Shown here piece by piece: positions 53,581-64,000 of a stretch of 64,000 nucleotides of DNA. The notes beneath the pieces are model-generated. The model was not told where the DNA came from. It made no database searches and saw nothing but the letters and a program-made list of their open reading frames with translations. The position numbers were made by a program, and so were the translations under genes. Source of the DNA: Octopus vulgaris (Eukaryota). The DNA lies in the NCBI GenBank assembly GCA_951406725.2, contig OX597814.1, positions 59,520,001 to 59,584,000 of the forward strand, in the 5' to 3' direction. Each line of letters starts with the position of its first letter. Position 1 is the stretch's first letter.

Positions 53581-54787
53581 AATATTTCAATTCTTTTTAT
53601 TTATTTTTTTAGGTGTTCATGATATTCCTTCTGGAATTTGATTACCTATTTACTGATATTTTTCATCTGATAAATAGTTACATAATGAATATTGTTATAG
53701 AAACCTTTTCAACAGCAACTCTCTATCTTCTCTGTGAACCTTGGTGCAACTTTGTTTTACTTCATATACAGGTCTAGGTCAGTGCATATCCATGTAGGCT
53801 TGTCTGTGCTTATATTTGTGAATGTGTGTAACAGATATGGATTGGTGGAATCTTTAGAGAAAAGACAAGGGCCATTTTAGGAGTAAGGCATGTCAATGTA
53901 AGAGAATTGTACACTAATTTTCACAATAGGCAAAAGCCCTTTCAAATTCTATTAAAATATTTTTCCCAATGTATAAGAAGTCATAATTTTAAAATTATTT
54001 CTTGGATCATATCTAACCAAATGTTAAACAAATATTATGATATAATTATCTATATTGATAAAAGCAAAATTCTGTCTATCTGACTAGGACACCTCAATCT
54101 CAGTCTACATTTGCTCTTCATAGATATATTCTACTTTTTTGGCATCAAGATTATCTCGGAATTGAAAATCTGCCCTTAATTTGGTTCTTGGACATACATC
54201 ATTGGGATCCGATTTCGAAGCATTTAGGTTGCTATTTCTAGCAGGTAAAGCTTGGCTGATTCACGCCATCTTGGTTGACGTTTGTCAGATGACATCAGAG
54301 ATCAAGGAGGGAGAGAAATTACATCCGCGTCATTAATTTTACGTCGAGATAATAACTCTAGGACAAATTGACCAACAGTTGGAATCAGTAGACTGATAGC
54401 ATTACAGAATTAATTCCGTCCTTAACCTCTGATCAAACACCAATATAGTCATTTTAGATGAATTATAGTCGTGCTATTCAATTCGGTTTAGTTTTGAGTG
54501 GTAGGTCGAATTAGCCCTCCGCAGGTGCTACCTTACAAGTCCGCACGGAATGCGGCTTTTAGAGAATAATATTGATAAACAGAAGAGCATACAAAGTTAT
54601 GAACAAATGTAATATGTAGCATCGTATAACTACTGTTTGGATATATAATCTCTTGCGATTTCAACAACTGCCTTTGGTATTCATTATGAAACTATATCGA
54701 ATATTCAACAACAGGCTGAGGCATTCCTCTCAATGATGAAATACGATCCATCATGACATTTGAAATTTAATAATACATTCATAGTTG

Positions 54788-54830
<43 letters not shown>

Positions 54831-55037
54831 CGTGTATACATATTTATTTCTACATCTCTCTCTCTTTCTCTCTCTATATATATATATTTATATTTATATA
54901 TATTTATACATATATAAATATATATCTATTTATATATTAAGTTAGACATGGCCTGGACCAATCTTTGGTCGAAACATATCTAAGTTTTATATATATATAT
55001 ATGTAAATATAATATGTGACAATTATTCGGTAGCCTT

Positions 55038-55098
55038 GATAAAACTCCGAGTTTCGGATATCGGGGCGGAAACCCACGGCGCCATCTCTTCAGTTATC
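55038..55098 (-). ncRNA. Hammerhead ribozyme motif in a short repeat between TA tracts
   Basis: Minus strand: gataa CTGAAGA gatg...tatc c GAA ACTC G GAGT T ttatc. 5-bp stem I and intact core. Confidence 0.7.
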
Positions 55099-55349
55099 CG
55101 GCCGTAAATAAATGCTATGAAAATGACCGTTAAACAAATGGAAATTACCTTGTGATTGATCCTTGTTAAGACAAAAGAGCTATTAGAAAGATCCCTAAGT
55201 GAGGGGAGGGAGTAAAGGTAAGGGAATAAAGATATTCATAGTATTCGCGTAAGCGCGCATGCCCATACCTACACATGCACGCCCGCCTGTGTGTCGGAAT
55301 TGGAATAAGTTTAATAACACTTGTGCTTAATTTCATGTATATATATATA

Positions 55350-55442
<93 letters not shown>

Positions 55443-55524
55443 GTGTGTCGGAATTGAAATAAGTTTAATAACACCTGTGTTTAATTTCATTTACATAAAT
55501 ATATATATATAATATATATAATAT

Positions 55525-55572
<48 letters not shown>

Positions 55573-55608
55573 TATAATATAATATATTATAATATGATAT
55601 ATATATAT

Positions 55609-55648
<40 letters not shown>

Positions 55649-58207
55649 TACAAAAAGATTTTAAAAAGTGTTCATTGACTCCATCTCATAGATGCCTTTC
55701 TAATCAGTTTTCAAGCTAATTCTGAATTTGTTTTTGAAAATGTCAATATTAATCTATACATTTATTCATATTGTCTGGCACGCATGCATTTTTGATCAAT
55801 TTTTCCGCCTTATCTGTAAAATGAACCTCTTATACATCTACTTGTAATAGTTACTTATTTTGTTCGTTGGTTTTGAGTAAATCTTTCAACTCTTCAAAAG
55901 AAAGTGTATATTTACTTTTACGGAACCAGTATACTTACATATGTAGTCTAAGATCAGATGATTTATCTTCAGTAAGGATTTGTGTAACTAGTGTTGCAGA
56001 CGAGATGCTCTAACAGTGATGATTACTTTTATAACAAAACTCACGACATGCCTAAATATATGCATTTTACCATTGCCAAGCTCCTTGAGAGTTAGGCCAA
56101 TAAAATGCTATAATGTTTGGAATGGATTCGTGTACTGTACGAAAATAAATGTTTCGACACTATCAAAGATTGCTAGTGTCTCTTTAGTGGAAATTGCAGA
56201 ATGCATGTACAGAAGCATATAGTTTGAATGTTCTATGGCTATATTCAACTGGTGTTTACTGCATCATATGCAATATTTTCAATGTCTCTTCTTGTGTAGA
56301 GGAGCTACTAAATATGCTTACAACGTCTATCAGCTGTGCTGTTTGATATATATATATATGCTGAACCATCAAATTATAGTGAGAAGTAGTCACATTTTAT
56401 CAAGTCGTTCTTCAGCTGAATGTGCATGTCAGTTGAAATTACAAGTACTATTCGTATAAAAGTGTTGTCTGATAACTGTAAGTCTTGCTGACATAATCTC
56501 ACAGGTGGTAGAATATCCATTAAATAACCTATCATCGCCATTCAAGAAGGCTTCTTTTAACAACACGCATCTTCTCATATCTTGTTTTCTTTCTTGCGTG
56601 CAAATGAGAAATGTGAAAGAATCAATATTGGCATTTTTAGATTTTCTTATGTTAACAACTACAACACGAGTGTTAAGTACACAGAACTAATTTTCATTTC
56701 TTTAATTCTGTCTTATTTTATTTTAGACTGGGTGGATGTTATTAAAAAAAGATAGACGTGCGATTAGACTAAAAATGGTGTTCAATATTATTTATATATA
56801 CTGCTCCTACGCCACCACAAAATCAACAACTATATTTGTCTTTTAACGTTAAAGTTATGCGGTTTTATTTTTGTCTTCATTTGAGCCGCTCTTTAAAATG
56901 AAATATATTACAACACAGGAGACATGAAATATAGGCACTGATTAACTATTTGTCACACTAAAGTGCAATTTCTATTCTTTTGTATTTCCGCTGCATAACA
57001 TTGCGAACGGAACGTACGAAATTTATATCTAATAAATGCTGTTTAATTATCCATTTCATAGGATAACAAAATTAAAGTTGTTTGTTCGATGCCATTCGTC
57101 AATGCTGGTGTTACTGACAATTTAAAGATAATATGAATACCGATTTCAATAAAATATTTCCTTTTACTTGCGTACATCTTAGTACTTTACTTGTACTTTT
57201 AAATTTTGTTTGCTAACATTTTTCGGACCACAAAGGAAACAATCTATGAAGTCTAATGCATTTAAAAAGTTCAAAATATATATAATACCTTAAAACAGTT
57301 ATGAAAATATCAATGACAGACAGTCAATGGGTTGCATATTCAAAAGGGTTGAGGAGTATAATGCGTCCATGAGCACAAAGAGGAAACCTCTGCTCTAAAA
57401 TCTTCGCTTGCTTTCATGTACTTTATTTAGTCGCTTCGTTTTCTTAGTGTAAATGTCACTATTACTTTTTTCCTCTGATATCTATCAATCATTATTGCTT
57501 CTCTCCAACCCGGAGCTATGTATGGTTTTGAACATATAGTGTTGGATTTGAAGGAGATTTTACAAATAGATTGAACAAGCTGAACTACTGTGTAAAATTT
57601 GCATTCTTGAATCAAATTTACAGAGGATATTATCAATTATATCCAACATCAATACTAGAGGATTTTCCATTCACATAAATCAATCTTAATTTTATTCATA
57701 AGGTTTTCTGTTCTCTACACAACTTGTAAATTGACTTTCGATGTTTTGGATAAGTCTGTTGTTATGTTCATTTCGACAAGCCAAATGTTATGATATACTT
57801 TTGAAGTGAAGCGCATAGAAACACACAAGGGCTGTTCGATTTGGAAACCCCAATATGTAAGACTATATTGTTTCCCTGTGATAGCAGATATACATCAAAT
57901 TGATTTTGCGTATGTGTGTGCGCGTGCGCGCATGTGTGTGTATACATATATATATTCTTCAGTCTTTTGAGAAAAGCAATTTTTTTCCATATGAAGTGTC
58001 ACACAAATGAAATTATATTATATATATATATATATACATTGCTTATGTCAAAAGTATACGTCTCCTCTTCTGTGATCAACGGAGATCATGAACTAACCCG
58101 AAGTTAAAACGAATATAGAAGTACATGCATGCATAAATACAATATTCAACTCACATACACACGCTCACACCTACAAGCCCACACACATGCCTGCACGCAC
58201 ATACACG

Positions 58208-58239
<32 letters not shown>

Positions 58240-58415
58240 CGTTTAAATATTTGTTGTGCAAGATTTTTTATGTGAAGTCGTGTGTTGAAACAGATATTGT
58301 TATATTTCGGAATGGTCATATTGCCAGTGTAGCCAATAAAAACACACGCACTATATATTTGGTGTTATTTTGCTTCAGTGATATTTATTTTTTACATTAA
58401 TCTTAATCTTATTTC

Positions 58416-58460
58416 GGCCAAAGTTCTTTCGTCACACTCCTGTGACCGCATCAGTGGTCC
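58416..58460 (-). ncRNA. Hammerhead-like motif in the Penelope 3' terminal repeat (variant core)
   Basis: Minus strand: ggacca CTGATGCG gtcaca ggag tgtgac GAA AGAACT T tggcc. Confidence 0.55.
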
Positions 58461-58936
58461 TTTGTTTTCTTCTCACATATTTGTGTCTCTCCTTACTAAC
58501 CGTCAGCTATTTTGTATTTCTATTGTATGTCTTCATTTGCGTATGTTTATATCTCTATGTGCGTCTATGTTTATTTAGTGTGTGGAGGGGGGGATGCCTG
58601 TAATATTTGTATCTTCTGTTTATATACATTCTTGTAATTTGTATTTTGTTTTTGTTGTTGTTGCTTTTGTTCTAATTTTGTTCATGTGTTTACATCCACC
58701 CATTATTATCATTACATATGCTTGTATGTATGTATAACAACAATATTAGTAATAATAATAATAAATCTAATCGAAAAAAAAATATATATTTATATATATA
58801 CACACAAATATACACATATACATATATATATATATATACACATATACATACATAGATATATATACATATATATAGTTATTCATTTCTATTTGTTTATTTA
58901 TCTGTGTATTTATTATGCTTTCAGGATCCTCTATCG

Positions 58937-60110
58937 TCATATGTTGTGGTGTGTGCTATTGCTCCATTCTAGTTTTCTATTCAGGCTAGGTTTATTTTCT
59001 ATTATATGTGTAGCTTCTGTAATTTGTCTAATTGTTGCATCTGTTCTATGTGTGGACAATATCTTAATCTCTATGTTATTGATTGATCCCCCGTGTTCCT
59101 GTTCGGCGTGTTGGTACAGAATCGATGAGCTTTTACCTTCCTTGAGTTGTCTCCAATGTTCATTCACCCGCTCTCCAATGCTTCTTGCTGTTTCCCCTAC
59201 GTATGTTACTGTCTTGTTACTGCATCGTTCCTCTATACATCTTATACTATAGACTACATTTCTGGCTTTACAGTTTATTTGTGGGCTAAATCTACATACA
59301 GTGCAATAGTTATCCGTACAGAGGGTTCTACTAAAAGGATAGGTTCTACCAATTATAGATCTGATAGCGTTGCCTGGCTTTTCAACAACCTTAATTCTTA
59401 GTTTAAGTTTATCTAGGGTCCTTCTAAAGCGGTACGCCAGTTCACCTCCAGGGGTGGTGTCAACGAACATGACACTCTGGTATTTATGGCTATCATACCA
59501 AGAGTTGGCCTTCCCTATTTTCTTTTTTGTCCTTTCTATAGTGTTCCATGACTTGTTCCTATAGATTGGGCAAATCCCATTCCTATCATTACATAATATA
59601 TTATCAAATTTCTTCATGGCTCCTTTGTATACTCTGATCCTTTCTTTATGGCTGTAACCTGAGAACTGCATGCGGTGAATGAAATACTGTATGTGTCTCT
59701 TTAATTCTGTAGGCTCGCACATGCGTGACACATTTCTCATTATTCTGACGAGGTCTGCCATCAAAATATTGAATTTGGCATTGCCCGCAATGGCTGAGTT
59801 CCGGTGGATCAGGTATTTTGAGGCCATAGGTTTTGCATAGTATGAATGAAGGATTTGGGTTTTATTTTTCACAATTTCTAGCCAGAGTTCAGTGTCTAGT
59901 ACTGGTAGTCTATGGTTGGAGTGTTTAGTGGGGTAGTCTATTGTGACCTTAATACTCTGGTGGATGGAGTTAGCTATTTGCTGGATGCTCTCCATAGTAT
60001 TAGTTTCTATTACTATATCAACATTACTCTCTTGTGGGGGTGCCTTTACTACTATGTTGATATCATCAACATAGCGAGAGTACATGTTTACAAGTATGGA
60101 TTTCTGTAAT
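58937..60110 (-). CDS. Penelope-like RT C-terminal half plus GIY-YIG endonuclease
   Basis: YSRYVDDI, LPVLDTEL, YYAKP, CxxxxCxxC linker, NVVYSIRC...TYVGETARSIGERVNEH, EATHI..KPSLN. Open for ~390 codons. Confidence 0.93.
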
Positions 60111-60215
60111 GTAAGATTAATGTAAAAAATAAATATCACTGAAGCAAAATAACACCAAATATAGAGTGCGTGTGTTTTTATTGGCTAAACTGGCAATATG
60201 ATCATTCCGAAATAT

Positions 60216-60292
<77 letters not shown>

Positions 60293-63039
60293 CATGCATG
60301 TGTATATGTATGTATGCCTGTACGTATGTATGTATGTATGTATGTATGTATGTATGTATGTATGTATAAGGTACAGTCTGCTGATAGCAATGATCAATTT
60401 CGACACCTAGGTTGAGCTCTTCACCTTAACACCATTATTTCTATAACTAAAGCATGATGTTTCTAAATTTGTGTCCAATTTCTCTTCAATGAAAATATTT
60501 GTATCTGTGTGTGTGTGAAAGTATGTGTGTGTTTGTTGGTGTGTATGTGCGAACGCGTATGCGTTTGTGAGTATGTGGCGCGCGCGCCTGTGCTTGTGTA
60601 TGTTTGTGAATTTACATTCTAATTTCGACTGCGAATATTCCACGCAAATCCAGACTTAATTTCATCACTGCAAAATCTATAGGGAAGATATAAGAAAATG
60701 TTATCAATATTCACATGACAAAGATAAAACTACCATTTCGATCTGACTCGTTTCTTTGGGATAAATGCGAATGTCGGAATGTATTTACACTGCATTCTAG
60801 ATCCTCCAAGGAGGATTCACAGAATTTTCATAATCTAAATCGTTTTCTAAACCTTACGCAGCGTCGTATTAATGAGGAATAATTTCAAAAATGAACTGAA
60901 AGTTGATGTTCCTTTGGAGGAATGTTATTCATAAACCAATGATATTTTGCACGACGTTTCATTACAGACTCCAGTTATCTATGAGAGGTAAGTATTTAGA
61001 GGAAGATACTGCCATCAAAATAGTCTCCACGTAGTCACTAATCTCATCGGAAGATGCGGGTATGTCTCTAGGAAATCGCACTACTCAGCCTAGAGAAAAA
61101 AATGTAGTTTAGATACTCCTAAAAGACTTCCTAGCTGAAATGCTTTCGATTAAAAAGTTTTCTCAATTTGAGGCTCAATAACATAGAGCTGGCAGAGATT
61201 TTTCCATTTGATAGTAATACCCCTCCAATTGTAGTTATATGAGGGTGGGAGTCTGGAACCTTTTAATAACTGCTTATTTTTTCTTAAAAGTTGATAATAT
61301 ATTTTCAAATTATATTTTTCGCGACAGTCCTATTGTGCTTTTAAGTCAAATCAAACTTCACCAATTATAGAGATTCCTTTTTTCCTTATATTTACTTTGC
61401 TTTAATTAATCCTCAGTATATTTTTGTTATCACGCCCGTTACACTGTAATTCAAAATGAAGGCTTTTCACCAAAATGTCACAAATTATTATAAAATTTAG
61501 AAAGTTTGTGTGACATTCTCCCTCTTTCGGCAATCGAAGTACATATTATTCATTTATAATACTTAAGTATTTTTGACTTAAATTAATTTTTCATTTGACA
61601 AGTTTTCATTAGAAAACTGTGTGAAATAGCATTTCGTTATAAAGCACCTTGTAAAAAAATTATACTACACTGTAGTTCGATTTGATTTCGTAAGTATACT
61701 TGACATTTAATTAGCAAGTGTGTTGATGTGTAAATATGTATAAATGTCACTATAGAAATGTATAACAATGTATGACTATGCAGTATTTCACAAAGACATT
61801 TTAAGGCAATGATATGTCTGGCGCTAAATTTTTTGTTAATGCTTACCTAGTGGATGAACTTTTGTCATAGCGCTTCCGCCATTCGCCAGTAAAAATGTTA
61901 AGTACTGATGGAAACGTGATGAATAATTTGTTACTATTCGGAATATTTACCAACTTATTTATTCTACATTTACAATGTGATATAATGTCTGCTTATTCGA
62001 ACTTTCTGGATTTATTTTACATACTTGACTCTTATTTATTTAGAAATATTTCATCTCATACATCTATCCTCATTATCATAATGCGTTTAGAAAGAATTTA
62101 TAAAACATACTTAAAATAAAGAAACGTGTCAGAAGAAATATTTCTAAATACAACAGTGTTAAATATCCTTAAAAGTCTGTACAAGTGCAGCCTTTTAAGA
62201 AGACAGGGTAAAGGCCAATTTTTTGAGGAGGGTGTGAAGATAAAAGTCTCCTGTTAGTGAATGAATGGCTTTTTAACGAGATTTAAAAAATATGTACCAA
62301 TATGATGTTAACCTAAAACTATATTAATTCATGCTATGCAGTACCTGATTAGTGTTATTAAAATAAGAAATATAACGTAAAATGTTATTCAAATTAAAGA
62401 GTGAAGTCATCATTATATATTAAAGAATGAAATCATCATTACGTTTTCAAATAACTCTGCTATTCAAAACTTCTAAAGATATCTCATTCCTATCACGGCT
62501 TTCGTGACGTTCAGTTGTTTGCTATATTTATCATTATAATTGGTGATACATACGAATCTCTTGATTAAATCAGGTAACATATCTACATATCCCTATTTTT
62601 CTCAATATATTTGAAAGAATCTATTACATTCTTATTTGATCAGAATTGGTTGTGTACATCGGAGTATTTATTGCATTTTCTATATGAAGTAAGCAATAAC
62701 TTTTAATTCCCCCAGGAACATTACGGCGTTATGTTCTACTAGAGCTACATATAAGCTGTGGCAAATATCATAACATTTGTAAATGTTATAGCATTTACCA
62801 TTTTTATTTTTGAAACATGTGCTCAAATACACAGGTAAATAAAATGCATCCTTGCATGCATTTGGAGATGATATCAGATCTTTGATGAAATAATATGTGG
62901 TGAGAGCCTTTACAGAACAGCATATGAGTTACTGTTGACTAAATTTAAAGTAACACTCTTGGTGATAGTGTAATCGTTTAACTTTTAGTAGTTAATTTAA
63001 ATGTAAGAATTATATCGCCTTGAAATTATATAAAATATG

Positions 63040-63210
<171 letters not shown>

Positions 63211-64000
63211 AATTGAATATAGTATTTATGCATGTATCATGAATATAAATTTAGGTAAATTGAATAGTGACACTTTCAGTTGATTTGCTGAATCACTAAT
63301 TATATAGATGAAGTTTATTCAACTAATTATTTCAATTCAGTAATGGACTCTACATGCATGTAAACCAATACTAGAACATATTAATATCTAAGTAACACAC
63401 ATTAAATTCAGTACGTTTACACTTGAATGGTGTTCACTACTGCTGAAATATTTCTGTAAATTGTACCCCATACAGACTGGGTGTAATCTAAGTTCATTAC
63501 AAGTTTACAGACGTATGTTTTCCTAGTTATCTTCTTATATATCTTTCCCTATTTTCATGATCTGCGTCTTACATTCCCAATATACCTTTGTATGTTCCCT
63601 CTGCACTTGTCACTTTCTCTCTATCATTGCGTGGCGGTACTAATGTTTAAAATAGTTAACTTAAGGTAATGCTAATAAAACGTTAGAGAAATGAGGATTA
63701 AATAAAGATTCCACTATGAGATACTGTTTCAACTATTAATCGGCTTGGCAATGCAAAATCAATCAAAACTCAAATCTCCGGATCAGCAGAAATATGTTTG
63801 TTATAACCTTTTTAATTATTGATTTCTTTGACAAGTTCACCTGTCAATGAATCGTATCAATCTATCACATATACCATTAATATCATAAGAAGGAAAGAGA
63901 GTCAGTAGGTTTATCATGATTAAAAATCACATCCATACTAAATGAATGAAATGCAAAATCTGAAATTACAGAATTCAAATTAGGGTAAAACCAACCGTTG

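Larger units (their letters stand above)
58250..60223 (-). mobile_element. 5'-truncated Penelope-like element with inverted partial terminal repeat
   Basis: 58294-58405 and 60112-60223 are inverted repeats around an RT-GIY-YIG ORF. The element is bounded by (TA)n tracts. Confidence 0.92.

Noticed and set aside
55690-56690. Coding-like, repeat-poor stretch
   Set aside because: No sustained frame or recognisable motif on either strand.
60968-60993. Possible 20-nt micro-exon (ttacag|...GAG|gtaagt)
   Set aside because: Splice motifs of this quality arise by chance. Transcript evidence would be needed.

Overview
AT-rich, microsatellite-dense eukaryotic DNA with (TA)n, (CA)n, (GATA)n, (TAA)n, (TAG)n and (GAA)n tracts. 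The repeat repertoire suggests an octopus/cephalopod intron or intergenic region (inference). No host gene could be supported, and most listed ORFs are microsatellite artefacts. Real coding remnants are all from transposable elements: several R4/Dong-type non-LTR retrotransposons (one with ~700 uninterrupted codons of RT plus restriction-like endonuclease, inserted in TAA repeats), two Penelope-like elements (GIY-YIG) with inverted terminal repeats, Helitron helicase relics, mariner relics, SINEs, and an ORF1/gag-only insertion. The most interesting signal is non-coding. Two different ~350-365 nt tandem-repeat families (16.8-17.3 kb and 49.9-52.4 kb) each carry a type I hammerhead ribozyme with a palindromic stem III, and they share a conserved ~105 nt domain, as expected for non-LTR retrozymes (putative circRNA producers). 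The 50-52 kb copy is an inverted multimer with a 12-bp TSD and hosts a zinc-knuckle ORF1-only element with its own 15-bp TSD. Several further minimal hammerhead-like motifs lie in Penelope-type terminal repeats.
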